A stretch of 64,000 nt of DNA. Source: the human T2T-CHM13v2.0 reference genome, Homo sapiens. How positions within the stretch are numbered: the first letter of the stretch is position 1; each line of letters opens with the position of its first letter. The notes under the pieces were generated by a model. The model was not told where the DNA came from, searched no databases, and saw only the letters and a program-made list of their open reading frames with translations. Of this stretch, positions 1 to 13,588 are shown piece after piece. The position numbers and the translations under genes were made by a program. The stretch is from NCBI RefSeq assembly GCF_009914755.1, contig NC_060925.1. One strand, given 5' to 3'.

Positions 1-511
1 AAAACTGATATTTCCCTTGAGGAACTAGTAGAATAAATATTTATTCTATTATAAAATATATTTAGGCATTAAATATTTAAAAATTAAAATATTAAAAGAT
101 CATTCTTTAGATGTCATGGGTTTCCATCTGTTTACTTAATCCGTTAAAAAATGTATCCTTTCTTGTTGAGAGAAGAATGGGGAATAGAATATGTGACACT
201 GACCTAATTAATAAGTATGTGGGATTAGACTAGGAAGTGGGTTGAATTCGAGTCACTTCAGATTTTTATTCTAAAAATAAACTTTCACTTACAATTGAAC
301 CAGTTTTCCAGAGATTGAGCATCTTGGAATTGGCCACCTTTCCCTACCCTTCCTGAATGATATCATATTCCTTATATATGCATTATGAATCTTTTCATCA
401 ATAGGAAATGTAGGAGAAGTGGTATTAATTAAACAACAGCATAAAAATGAAATACAAAAAATAAACTTTGGAAGATTATTTCTACATGTTTGGATAAAAG
501 ATTTTTTTAAT

Positions 512-546
512 GTATTTTTTTAAGACAGGGTCTTGCTATGTTGCCC
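512..546 (-). mobile_element. Short Alu/FLAM 3'-end fragment with T-tract
   Basis: tttttttaagacagggtcttgctatgttgccc is the reverse complement of an Alu monomer end plus A-tail. Confidence 0.6.
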
Positions 547-567
547 TTCAGATTTCCCTTTTCTGTT

Positions 568-701
568 GGAAGGAAGGAAGGAAGGAAGGAAGGAAGGAAG
601 GAAGGAAAGAAGGAAGGAAGGAAGGAAGGGAGGGTGGGAGGGAGGGAAAAAGAAGAAAGAAAGAAAAGAGAGAGAGAGAAAGAAAGAAAGAAAGAAAAGA
701 A
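568..701 (+). repeat. (GGAA)10-AGAA-(GGAA)4 microsatellite grading into GA-rich low-complexity sequence
   Basis: Read directly; explains the ORFs at 507-813. Confidence 0.97.
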
Positions 702-717
702 CAGACGAACTAGGTAT

Positions 718-1065
718 TTCCACACAAGAAAATACTACTCAGTGATAAAATGGACTGATATACTCACCAGCATATGTAATAAATGCATCATGCTAAGTGA
801 AACAAGCAAATAAAAAGTATACATATGTATTCCATGATTTCATTTAAATGACTTTCTGGAAGAGACAAATGCATAGAAGAAGCAGAAAGCAATGCAGTGT
901 TTTCCAGAGGACAGAACGGGGATAAAGTTGACTAAAAAAGGACATGAGATAATATTTTGGGTGATGGAAATTTTCAATATCTTGATGGTGCATTTGTCAA
1001 AACTCACTGAATTCTACACTCGAAAGCATACATTTTACTGGATGTAACTTATATTTCAGTAAAAT
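718..1065 (+). mobile_element. Old L1M (L1MC/L1ME-like) 3' end fragment
   Basis: Typical L1M 3' motifs: catgctaagtgaaa, ttttgggtgatggaaat, tttgtcaaaactca, atgtaacttatatttcagtaaa. Confidence 0.75.
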
Positions 1066-2175
1066 ATACTGGGAAAGTCCATTTGTTAAATCAATCAATC
1101 CTACAATCAGTAAGTTAAGAAATACTGATGTGTCACTCTCAGGTATATGATTGATATTTTGGCAGTAATATTATAGTGAAAAATCAATATGATAAAATGT
1201 GTGACAACATCTCAATTTATATGAATTTCAGATTATGTTACTTTTAATTATCTTCCTACAGTAAAGTATATCTGGTGCAAATATATAAGGGGACAAGAGA
1301 AACTTGGATGGTAAATTGCCCAAATAAGAAAATGGGTTTTTGTGTTGGCTTTAAATCATGGATACACATAGCAGAAAACTCAGTAATGAGGACTTTATCT
1401 AAAAGGCAATCCATAGCTCTGCTAGAGTAATTCTGAGTCCTTCTGTTGCCTGTGCTGGGTAAGAGGGGAAGGTCTATTTCTCATGAGAGAACCTCAATGA
1501 TTAACATGTGAATACAGTGACAGGCAGTCTGGAAAGTACATACATGCATCTATTAAATATATCAAATATTGGTCTCTGTGACCTTCAAGAGATGATATTA
1601 AGAAAAAAAATCCAAAAAAGTTGTAAAAGAAGAGAACACTCTTCGCTCCTGTACACTCCCAGAGCAGTCATGCCGGGAGCTTTGCTTCAAGCAACACACT
1701 TACTCACAAAGCACAGGCAAGTTTAATTGCTCCCCTCAGGCACTAGAGATCTGAAGGCTTCAAATTTCCCTTTCCTATTTAAAATAAAAATCTGAGCATT
1801 TTCTATTTTATAAAATAATGAATAATTAAATGTTGACATTTATCTTCCATTGACCTTTCTGAAGCACCAACAGATAGACACCTCCCTCTGCCTTTCTCAC
1901 TCTCTGGTGTTCCAGGTTTTCCAAACAGTGTTCTTGCTTGGGGTGTTCCGTGAAGTGGACAGGATACAACTGCATACAAATAGCAGTTTTTTAATGCTTT
2001 TGTTTTTTTTAGCATGAAATCAAGCTTAAATCAACAAATTATAATCTGACAAAACTTTTAAAATAATCTTTGTGGTACATAATATTAAAAGTGTAAAAAT
2101 TTTTGTCATAGTAAACATATGTGGCTCAAAAGATAGGTATGGTAACGAGAAGGCATGAACATAATCTCTATTTTT

Positions 2176-2367
2176 GGGTTGCAATTTTTGAAACAGGGTC
2201 TTGCTCTGCCACCCAGGTTGGAGTGCAGTGGTACGATTATGACGCACTGCAGCCTCCACCTCCTGGTCTCAAGTGAGCCTCCCACCTCAGCCCCAGAGTA
2301 GCTGGAACTACAGGCATGCACCACCATGCCTAGATAATTTTATTTAAATTGTATTTCCCAGGATTAA
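2176..2367 (-). mobile_element. 5'-truncated AluJ / FRAM (right monomer)
   Basis: Alu right-arm sequence; flanking 13 bp direct repeat aatctctattttt at 2163-2175 and 2368-2380 (TSD). Confidence 0.9.
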
Positions 2368-3606
2368 AATCTCTATTTTTATTAGCCATCTCTGAATAAA
2401 ACATCCTTTGCTGTCACCCAATTCCCTTTGTTTTGGACACCATGATCATAAGTAACTGTATTCGTATGAAGCTTTTCCAGATATAATACAAAATAAAACA
2501 TGGATTTTTACACCATCTCTAGTGGGTTTCATTAGCAAGTGCCACTTCCTAAGGGCATGAGCTCCTCTTAGAACACTGACACAATTCCATTTCTGGATGA
2601 AAAATTCTGAAGGACGTACCATGGTTTCTGGAGACAGCACCAAACACTGCAGCCATAAATGGCCTTGCCAGAGCAGCAACAAGTCCCCCATAGTAACCCA
2701 TTCTCTTTGGAAGTGCAATGGTATTCTTGCTTTCTTCACTATAAATATACATCTGTACTGTCAAATCTCATGCAACAATAGTATATTTTTATTGCTTTCA
2801 ACAAAAATGTAATGACAAAAAAACTAAATATAGGAAGGAATTTTTGGCTTTCAGATATAAATATGGATGGTGCATATAAACACTTCATTTGAAAGAGAAA
2901 AAAAGCAAAACCTCTAAAATCAATAAAACCTTTTGCAAAATTTTTGCATTTTTCTTAAATTGATGTGAAATTCTCATGCAACAGTACAGAGACTTTAAGA
3001 GTACCATGCAATGATTGTACGTACACTCTTGTAACCATCTGACAATAAAGATATAAACCATTTTGTTCATTCCAGAAGATTCTCTCATGCCCACCTTCTA
3101 GTCAGTTTCTCTACTCCATACATAGAGGTCATTACTGTTCTAGTTTTTTTCTCCATAGCTTAGCTGTGTGTATCCCAGAACTTCATACATATAGATTTTA
3201 TAAGCATGTTCTCTTTTGTATTGGATTCTTTTGCTCTAATGTTTCCAGTCATCATCCACGTTGTTGGGTGCATCAATAGGTCATTGTTTTATTGCTAAGT
3301 AACCTACACCAAAGTTAGTTTATTCATTAAAATATTGATGGACATTTGAGTTATTTCTAGTTCATGATCATTTAAATAAAGTTTCTCTTTGTGGGCATAT
3401 GTTTTCATTTTTCATGGGTAAATGCTAAGATTGGAATTACTGGATATGTGTATGTTTCACGATATCTCATTGTGGTTTTACACTATGAGTAATGAAGTCT
3501 TTTCAGAATTTCTCTTGTGCAGTGTCTGTTCAAGTATTTGATTGTTGATTATATTGAGTTGTGTCTTCTTATTTATTTTTAGAAGTTAATGATAAATCCT
3601 GACTAC

Positions 3607-3629
3607 AATATGTATGTACATATATACAT

Positions 3630-3661
<32 letters not shown>

Positions 3662-3662
3662 G
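3607..3662. repeat. (TA)n/(CA)n compound microsatellite
   Basis: Read directly. Confidence 0.95.
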
Positions 3663-3825
3663 AAAAGGCAATTCATGGAATGGAAGAATATATTTACCAT
3701 ATATTGTGTGTCTTGAAGAGCTGAAATTTTAAATTTTGATAAAGTCTTTTATGGTTAGTGCTTTTTATATTCTAAGAAAATTTTGCTTACCTGTGTTCAT
3801 AAAATTTCTGCTGTGCTCTCTTCTA

Positions 3826-4049
3826 ACTGCAATCTCCACCTCATGGGTTCGAGCGTTTCTCCTGCCTCAACCTCCCGAGTAGCTGGGATTACAGGTGTGC
3901 ACTACTACACCCAGCTAATTTTTGTATTTTTAGTAGAGACAGGGTTTCACCATGTTGGCCAGGATGGTCTCGATCTCCTGACCTCATGATCTGCCCGCCT
4001 TGGCCTCCCAAAGTGCTGGGATTACAGGCGTAAGCCACCATGCCTGGCC
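3826..4049 (-). mobile_element. AluS (AluSc-like) lacking its 3' ~50 nt and A-tail
   Basis: Alu consensus match from ggcc at 4049 down to actgcaatctcc; caggatggtctcgatctcctgacctcatgatc is Sc/Y-like. Confidence 0.92.
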
Positions 4050-5164
4050 AAGGCTTCATATTTTTAACCTTCAGTGTTTGGTCTGTGATCAATGTCTAGT
4101 TATTTTTTGTGCATGATAGGAGATAAGGGTCAATACTTATTTTGTCCTATATGGTTATCAAGGTGTTCCAATGCTATTTATTGAAAAAGCTATAGTTTGC
4201 CCCTGGAACTACCTTGACATTTTTGTCAAAATCAATTGATCATAAATATGAGAGCCTATCATTGAATTCATCTCTTTCATTGACACACTTATTATCATTG
4301 TGCCAACTCCATATTGCTGCTAACTGTAATATAACTTACATGTGAAAAAAATCTTGAAATTATATTTTGAATTTTCATTCAAATTTGAGGCATGAAATTG
4401 CCCTAGTTTTATAGAAAGAAGTGTAAAGATGCATCTGTATTTTGAGTCCCATGCATGATCTGTATATCCGACAAATAATGGAAGGAAAGAAGAGAGTAAA
4501 AACAGTGAATATGAGGGGCTCACAGGACCAAGAGGAAATACAAACTAGCTACCTCTTTCCTAATGCTAGTGAGTCACTAAAGCATTAGTCAATTAATTGT
4601 CTTGATATAAGTCATCAATAGTCTTCAGAAAACTTCTCTGGGGAGCAGCTTTTATATTTTAATGCAGAAACCAAAAGTGGAAATCAAAATTAGGTGAGGA
4701 CAATAGTGTTTTCTCATAATATGTAGTATATAACAAATGTAACATAAACTTTTTGATATGAAGAAGATTTTCATTTACCATTGTAAAAAATTTGTGATAT
4801 CTTCATAGTTTCCATCTTTTTAGGTTGTTTTCCTTGTGACTCAAATGAGGAAGAATAAACTTGGTTTAGGACTATTCAATGCCAGTGTTTTCAGATGGTG
4901 AGTAATTGTAATTATCAAGGACTCTGGAGTCCTGGTTTAAGGGGATATTGAGTGAACTTCTGAGTGAGAATCATGAACCTTTTCAGCATTTTGGTTTTAA
5001 AATATTACAAGTAAATGCCTTTTCTTGAGAAAGCATTCCGCAGAAGGTATTTATGTATTTTTTCCAGGTGAATTAAGCTCTAGTTTGAATGACTATGAGC
5101 CTGCCTCTGCTAGACATCAATTCCTACTTCATAGTTCTTCTCTTTTTGTTCTTTTGTGGTTTAT

Positions 5165-6065
5165 TTAATTTTTTAAACTTTATTTTTAATGATAAATAAT
5201 AATGAGCTATATTTATGGGGTATAATGTGATGATTAGATATGGGTTTACAATGTGGAAAGATTAAATCTGGCTAATTAACAAATTAATCACTTCACAAAC
5301 ATTACTTTTTTATAGTGAAAACATTTAAAGTCTACTCTTTCAGCAATTTTGAAATATGCAGCATATTATTATTTATAGTAATCACCATTCTGTAAAATAG
5401 ATCACCAAAGCTTATTCCTCCTCACTAACTGAAACTTTGTACCCTTTAATAAACATCTTCCCCTTCCTCATTGATTCTTCTCCCCCAGCCTCTGGTAACC
5501 ATCATTATACTCCCTATTTGTGTGAGTTCAACTTTTTTAGATTTCACATATGAGAAAGATCATGCAGTATTTGTCTTTCTGTGCCTGGCCTATTTCACCT
5601 CCGGGTTCATCTATGTTATCCCAAAAGACAGGGTTTTCCCCCTTTCCAATGCTAACTAGTATTCCATTGTGTATATATGCTACATTTTCTTTATCCATTC
5701 ATTTGATGATAGACACCTAGGTTGCATCCATATCTTAGCTATTGTGAATAACATTGCAATGACCACAGGAGTTCAGTTATCTCTTTGGCATACTGATTTG
5801 ATGTATATTCCTTTGGATAAACACCCAGTAGCAGGATTACTGGATTGTGCAGTAATTCTATTTGTAGTTGGCTGAGGAGCCTTCATCCTATGGCTTTGTT
5901 CATTTACATTCCCACCGACAGTATACAAGGGTTCCCTTTTCTCCATACCATTGCCAACCCTTGTTACATTTCATTTTTTAATTAATGCCCATTCTAACAG
6001 ATGTGGTTTTAACTTGCTTTTCCCTGATGGTCAATGATAATGAGCATTTTTTTATACCTCTGGCT
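5165..6065 (-). mobile_element. L1MA-type 3' end fragment
   Basis: L1MA 3' UTR motifs (aaagtctactctttcagcaattttgaaatat, cccagcctctggtaaccatcatt). Confidence 0.85.
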
Positions 6066-6086
6066 TTTTTTGTTTTATGAATGCAC

Positions 6087-9000
6087 TTTTTTTTGATATT
6101 TATTTATTTTCTTTATTTTTGCATGTTTTGGGGTACAGGTGGTATTTGGTTACATGAGTAAGTTCTTTAGTGGTGATTTGTGAGATTTTGGTGCACCCAT
6201 CACCCAAGCAGTATACACTGCACCATATTATTTAGTCTTTTATCCATCGCCCCCCCCACCCTTCTCCCCAAGTCCCCAAAGTCCATTGTATCATTCTTAT
6301 GCCTTTGCGTCCTCATAGCTCAACACCCACACATCAGTGAGAACAAACAATGTTTGGTTTTCCATTCCTGAGTTACTTCACTTAGAATAATAGTATCCAA
6401 TCTTATCCGGGTCGATGCAAATGCTGTTAATTCATTCCTTTTTATGGCTGATTAGTATTCCAATATATAAATATAACACAGTTTCTTTATCCACTCGTCG
6501 ATTAATGGGCATTTGGGTTGGTTCCACAATTTTGCAATTGTGAATTGTGCTGCTATAAACATGCTTCTGCAAGTATCTTTTTTATATAATGACTTCTTTT
6601 TCTCTGGGTAGATACCCAGTAGTGGGATGGCTGGATCAAATGGTAGTTCTACTTTTAGCACTTTAAGGAATCTCCACACTGTTTTCCTTAGTGGTTGTAC
6701 TAGTTTACATTCCCACCAGCAGTGTAGAAGTGTTCCCTGTTCACCACATCCATGCCAACATCTACTGTTTTTTGATTTTTTGATTTTGGCCGTTCTTGCA
6801 GGAGTGAGATGGTATCACATTGTGGTTTTGATTTGCATCTCCCTAATCATTAGTGATGTTGATTATTTTTCCATATGTTTGTTGGCCATTTGTATATCTT
6901 CTTTTGAGAATTGTCTATTCATGTCCTTAGCCCACTTTTTGATGGGATTGTTTGTTTTTTTCTTACTGATTTGTTTAAGTTCATTGTAGATTCTGGATAT
7001 TAGTCATTTGTCAGACGTACAGATTGTGAAGATTTTCTCCCACTCTGTAGATCTGTTTCCTCTGCTGACTGTTCTTTTTGCTGTGCAAAAGCTCTTTAGT
7101 TTAATTAAGTCCCAACTATTTATCTTTGTTTTTATTGCATTTGCTTTTGGGTTCTTGGTCATGAAGTCCTTGCCTAAGCCAATGTCTAGAAGGGTTTTTC
7201 CAATGTTATCTTCTAGAACTTTTACAGTTTTAGGTCTTAGGTTTAAGTCCTTAATCCATCTTGAGTTGATTTTTGTATAAGGTTAGAGATGGGGATCCAG
7301 TTTCATTCTCCTACAGTGTCTTGCCAATTATCCCAGCACCATTTGTTGAATAGGGTGTCCTTTCCCCACTTCATGTTTTTGTTTGCTTTGTCAAAGATCA
7401 CTTGGCTGTAAGTATTTGGCTTTATTTCTATGTTCTCTATTCTGCTCCATTGGTCTATATGCCTATTTTTATACCAATACCATGCTGTTTTGGTGACAAA
7501 GGCCTTATAGTATAGTTTGAAATCAGGTAGTGTGATGCCTCCAGATTTCTTTTTGCTTAGTATTGCCTTGGCTATTTGGGGTTTTTTTTTTTGGTTTCAT
7601 ATGAATTTAACAATTTTTTTTTCTAATTCTGTGAAAAATGATGGCTGTATTTTGATGGGGATTGCACTGAACTTATATACTGCTTTTGGCAGTATGGTCA
7701 TTTTCACAATATTGATTCCACCCATCTATGAGCATGGGATGTGTTTCCATTTGTTTGTGTCATCTATGATTTCTTTCAGCAGTGTTTTGTAGTTTTCCTT
7801 GTAGAGGTCTTTAGCCTTGTTGGTTAGGTATATTCCTAAATATTTTATTAATTTTTTTTTTGCAGCTATTGTAAAAGGGGTTGAGTTCTTGATTTGATTC
7901 TCCATTTGGTCACTGCTGGTGTATAGAATAGCTACTAATTTGTGTACATTAATCTTGTATTTAGAAACTGCTGAATTTTTTAATCAGTTCTAGGAGTTTT
8001 CTGGAGGAGTCCTTGGGGTTTTCAAGGTAAACGATCATATCGTCAGCAAACAGTGACAGTTTGACTTCCTCTTCACTGATTTGGATGCCCTTATTTCTTT
8101 CTCTTGTCCAATTGCTCTGGCTAGGACTTCCAGTACTATGTTGAATAAGAGTGGTGAGAATGGGCATCCTTGTCTTGTTCCCAGTTCTCAGAGGGAATGC
8201 TTTCGACTTTTCCCTATTCGGTATTATGTTGGCTGTGGGTTTGTCGTAGATGGCTTTTATTACATTGAGGTGTGTCCCTTGTATGCTGATTTTGCTGACA
8301 GATTTAATCATAAAGGATGCTGGATTTTGTTGAATGCTTTTTCTGCATCTATTGAGATGATCATGTGATTTTTATTTTTAATTATGTTTATGTGGTGTAT
8401 TACATTTATTGACTTGTGTATGTTAAACCATCCCTGCATCCCTGGTATGAAACCCACTTCCCACTTGATCAGAGTGGATTATCTTTCTGATATGTTGTTG
8501 TATTTGGTTAGCTAGTATTTTATTAAGGATTTTAGCATCTAGGTTCATCAAGAATATTGGTCTGTAGTTTTCTTTTTTGGTTATGTCCTTTCCTGGTTTT
8601 GGTTTTTGGGTGATGCTGGCTTCATAGAAATAATTAGGGAGGGTTCTTTCTTTCCCTATCTTGTGGAATAGCGTCAAAAGGATTGGTACCAATTCTTCTT
8701 TGAATGTCTGGTAGAATTCTGCTGTGAATCTGTCTGGTACTGGACTTTTTTTGTTGGTAATTTTTAAGTTACGATTTCAATCTCCCTGCTTGTTATTGAT
8801 CCGTTCAGGAGTACCTAATTCTTCCTAATTTAAACTAGGAGGGTTGTATTTTTCCAGGAGTTTATCCATCTCTTCTAGGTTTTCTGATTTATGTGGGTAA
8901 AGGTGTTCATAGTTGCCTTGAATGATCTTTTGTATTTCAGTGGTGTCAGTTGTAATACCTACTGTTTCATTTCTTAATGAGGTTATTTGGATTTTCTCTC

Positions 9001-10205
9001 TTCTTTTCTTGGTTAATCTTGCTAATAGTCTATTAATTTTATTTATCTTTTCTAAAAACCAGCTTTTTGTTTCATTTATCTGTCGTATTTTTTTTGTTTT
9101 AATTTCATTTACTTCTGCTCTGATCTTGGTTATTTCCTTTCTTCTGCTGGGTTTATTTAGGTTTGGTTTGTTCTTATTTCTCTAGTTCCTTGAAGTGTGA
9201 CCTTAGCATGTCAGTTTGTGCTCTTTCAGTCTTTTTGATGTAGGTGTTTAGGGCCATGAACTTTCCTGTTAGCACCGTCTTTGCTGCCTCCCAGAGGTTT
9301 GGATAGGTTGTGTCATTATTGTTCAGTTCAAAGAATTTTTTAATTTCCATCTTGATCTTGTTTTTGACTGAATGCTCATTCAGGAGCAGGTTATTTAATT
9401 CCCATATATTTGCATCGTTTTGAAAGTTCCTTTTGGAGTTCATTTCTAGTTTTATTCCACTGTGGTCTGAGAGAGTGCTTAATATAATTCAAATTTCTCA
9501 AATTTATGGAGAGTCATTTTATGGGCTATCATATGGTCTATCTAGGAGAAAGTTCCATGCACTGTTTAATAGAATGTGTATTCTGTGGTTGTTGGATGAA
9601 TTGTTCTGTATATATCTGTTAAGTCCATTTTTTCCAAGGTATAGTTTAAATCTATTGTTTCTTTGTTGACTTTCTGTCTTAATAACCTGTCTAGTGCTGT
9701 CAGTGGATTACTGAAGTCCCCCACTATTATTGTGTTGTTATTTCATTTCTTAGGTCCTATTAGTAATTGTTTTATAAATCTGGGGGCTCCAGTGTTAGGT
9801 GCATATACGTTTACGATTGTGATATTTTCCTGTTGGATAAGGCCTTTTACCATTATGTACTATCCCTCTTTGTTGCTTTTAACTGCTGTTGCTTTAAAGT
9901 TTCTTTTGTCTGATGTAAGAATAGCTACGCTTGCTGGCTTTTGGTGTCCATTTGCATGAAATACCTCTTTTCACCCCTCTACTTTAAATTTATGTGAGTC
10001 CTTAAGTGTTAGGTGAGTCCCCTGAAGGCAGCAGATAGTTGGTTGGTGAGTTCTTATCCATTCCACAGTTCTGTATCTTTTAAGTGGAACATTTAGACCA
10101 TTTACATTCAATGTTAGTATTGAGATGTGAGGTACCATTGCATTCATCATGCTATTTCTTGCCTAGGTGTCTTGTTTTTTTTTGTTTTTGTTTTTTTCTG
10201 TTTTT
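6087..10205 (-). mobile_element. 5'-truncated L1PB (L1PB1-like): near-complete decayed ORF2 plus 3' UTR
   Basis: ORF fragments carry L1 ORF2p motifs: ORF2 start near 10150 (MMNAMVPHISILTLNVNGL), [23 protein letters not shown]-terminal [13 protein letters not shown]; T-rich tail near 6087-6120; many stops and frameshifts. Confidence 0.95.
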
Positions 10206-10209
10206 GAAT

Positions 10210-13200
10210 AGAAGCGGTGAGAGTAGATAACCCATCCCAAATCCCCTCACGGGCTGCTGCTTGTCCTGTAGATGGAGAGCCGGAGCATGGACCTGCCTGA
10301 CCCAGACCCCACCCGGCTTTGCCTTCCTTCCACCCTAGTAGCTTAACACAAAAGACAGAAACTTTTGGGAATTGATGGCCCTGTCCATCACCCCAGAAAA
10401 CAGAGTACCCCTCTGGGTAGCATAAGGCAAGCACAAGTCCCACCATGGCTACTGCAGCTGGTGTTCTTTTGCAAGTCCCACTTTCTGGATGGAAGCCAAC
10501 CAACATAGTCCGTTACAGCATCTCTAGGTAGAATAACACCACACTCAGGAAGGAGAAAACTTGTGTGTAACCTCAGCCATCACCATTGCCTGCAGCACTG
10601 TGGCTAACTAGGAAGTCCTCAGTGTGTCCATGTGACCAGATCTTTACTATAATCAGCATCTGAGAAAGCCAACACACTAAGGCTGGTTATAACCAAGGAA
10701 TATCACAGAGCCTACATCACTCCCCTACCACCTCTATCAGAGCTGGTGCTGGTACCCACTACTGGGACACTTGAGGACAGGTCACATCACTGGATCCCCA
10801 GCAGACATTCTTCAGCACCAGCCTGGAGTGTGGCAGCCCCACTGTGTGGCTAGATCCAGAGGAGGAGCAGCATTCACAGTAGGCTGGCTCTCAGGGACTC
10901 TCACTCCTAGGGGAAGGGGGAATGCACCATATCAAAGAAACATCCTCTGGGGAAAAAAGAATCCAGACAGCAGGCCTTGAGTCCCAGAATTTTCCACAAT
11001 TGGGAAGTTTATTTCAGCAGAGGCATAGGTGCAGTGCTGGGCTCTGTGGCAAAGTCTGCAGCTCTACCCCAAGTCAGGTAGGCTTGGACTCAAGGGATCT
11101 TGGAGAAGAGGACTTCTCTTCCCTCTTATCCACCACTGCAGACACAGCTGTAGTTTCTCCCATGGGATCTCAGCATGGGTGCACCTATAGACAGCCTTTC
11201 TGGAACATTTCAGGGTGACTGCAGGTCCACAAAAGTGATGTTCCAAATAGAGAGGAATTGTCACTCTACCCTTTGTTCAAGCTTGCACAAGGGGCAGAGT
11301 CACAATTCCTTTCTATTGGAACATCAACATTCCTGCAAATGAAAAGAGGTGCCTGTCCGATCTGAATTGCTGAAGCACTGGGTCAGGAGTGTGTCTTGGA
11401 AGTAGATCACTTTGTTGCTCGGCTGGCAGGGGAGCTGAGATGACTCCCACCGTTCCCCCTCATAAGACTTCAGTGTGTTTCATTGAGAGCTCCCCCAGCC
11501 ACCTCTGTCAAGGCTTGGACCTCTGTCCACCATTGGGTATTGCAATTTCCCATCTGCTTTAGCCACATCTGGTCTCTACCCAAGGACACCTTCCCTACTG
11601 ACCCAAAGACTGAACTAATAATCAATAAATAAGTGCACACCACAGGGTAATAAGATAATCTTCAAGTGATCTCTGCCATTCCAACCTTGGAGGAGACCAT
11701 TAAATTGCTCACACACTGAGCACATTGCTACCACAACCAGCATCTGAGAAAGCCAACATACGAAGACTCTCTATAACCAAGGGACCCATACAGAGTCTTC
11801 ACCCCTGAACGCATCAAGAGTCAAATTAGGCTACAATAAACTAAAACCATTAAAATCACATCCTTAAGCAAGAAGGAAGGAAATTAAACAAAAAACACAG
11901 TTAAATAAAAAATGAATGCAAGAATATTTAGAACAAATAGTCTACCAAAATGAAAAGAAACCAGAAAAACAATTCTGATAATATGACAAAACAGGGCTCT
12001 ATAATATCCCCAAAAGATACACTAAGTCCCCAGTAATAGATGCAAACCAAGAGGAAATCTTTGAAATACTAGATAAAGAATTCAAAACGTTTATTATTAG
12101 GTTACTTAAAGAGATGCCAGAGAAAGGTGAGAACCAACATGAAGAAATTTAAAAAGCAATTCAGGATATGAATGAAACCTTTCCTAAAGAGATAGATATT
12201 TTAAAGAAAAACCAATCAGAACTTGTGGAAATGAAAGACACATTTAGGGAATTACAAAATGTAGTGGAAAGTAGTAATAATAGACTAGACCAAGTAGAAG
12301 AAAGAATTTCAGAGCTCAAAGACAAGGCTTTCAAATTAACCCAATAATACAAACATAAAGAAAAAAGAATGAAAAAACAAGCAAAATCTCCAAGAAATAT
12401 TACATTATTTGAAATGTCCGAATGTAAGAATAATTGATGTTCCTAAAGAAGAAAAGAAAGCACGATATTTGAAAAGTTATTTGAGGGAATAATTGAGGAA
12501 AACTTCCCTGGCCTTGATAGAGATTTAGATATCCAAATACAAGAAGTTTAAAGAACTCTTGGGAGAATCATTGCATAAAGGACATTTCCAAGGCATATAA
12601 TCTTCAAGCTATCTAAAGCCAACATGAAGGACAGTATTCTAAGAGCAATGAGACAAAAGCTTCTGGTAACCTATAAAGAAAAACCTATCAGACAAAGAGC
12701 AGACTTTGCAGCAGAAACCTTACAAGCCAGAAGGAATGGGGTCTTACCTTTAATCTCCTTAAACAGAAAAACTGTCAGTCAAGAATTTTGATTCCAGCAC
12801 AATTAAGTTTCATAAATGAAGGAGAAATAACAACAACAACAACAAAAATGCAGAAGGAATTTGTTAGTACAAGACCAGCCCTATGAGAAATGTTAAAAGG
12901 AGTTCTAAATCTTGAAAAAAAGTTTGATATGCACCAGAATAGAACCTCTTGAAAGCATACAATTTGCAGACCGTATAAAACAATAACACAACAAAGAAAA
13001 CAAAGTACCTAGGTAACAAGGTGATGACTGGAACAAAACCTTACATTTCAATATTAATGTTGAACATCAGTGGCCTAAATGCTCCACTTAAAAGATGTAG
13101 ATTGGTAAAATGAATAAAAATCATAAACCAAATACCTGCTATCTTCAAGAGACTCACCTAACATGTAAAGTTTCATATAAACTCAAGGTAAAGGGTGAAA

Positions 13201-13588
13201 AATATATTCTGTGCAAATGGAAACCAAAAGCAAGCAGGAATATCTATTCTTATATCAGATAAAATACACTTTAAAGTAACAACAGTAGAAAAACGAAAGG
13301 TCACTGCATGATAAGAAAAGAATCAATTCAACAAGAAGATATTAGAATCCTAAATTTATATGCACCTAACTCTGGAGTGCCCAGATTCATAAAACATTTA
13401 CTGCTAGACCTCAGAAATTGGATAGACAGCCACACAATAGTAGCAGGGGACTCCAACACACCACTGACAGCACCAGACGGATCATCGAGACTGAAAGTCA
13501 ACAAAGAAACTATGAATTTAAACTACGCTCTGGAACAAATGGACCTAACAGATATTTACAGAGCATTCTATCCAAGAACTGCAGAAAA
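10210..13588 (+). mobile_element. Second L1PB-type element: 5' UTR (L1PBa-like), decayed ORF1 (from ~11950) and ORF2 endonuclease region (from ~13023), 3'-truncated
   Basis: ORF 13308-13673 contains EN motifs (IQQEDIRILNLYAPNSG, AGDSNTPL, MDLTDIYRAFYP); ORF1-like lysine/glutamate-rich purine tract. Confidence 0.92.

Larger units (their letters stand above)
2930..4320 (-). mobile_element. Old L1M ORF2-end/3' UTR fragment, interrupted by a microsatellite and an Alu
   Basis: Degenerate L1 antisense motifs (ttgatggacatttgagttatttc, ttttgtcaaaatcaattgatcata). Confidence 0.75.

Noticed and set aside
507-813. Five overlapping ORFs rich in EGRK or PSF repeats
   Set aside because: Translations of the GGAA/GA microsatellite
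10653-11806. ~70 bp direct repeat (cagcatctgagaaagccaaca...) near 10653 and 11738
   Set aside because: Lies inside the L1PB 5' UTR and is most simply internal repetition of that element
6087-13588. Single L1 with a twin-priming inversion
   Set aside because: About 600 bp of ORF2 is present in both parts with subfamily-level differences, and no shared TSD was found
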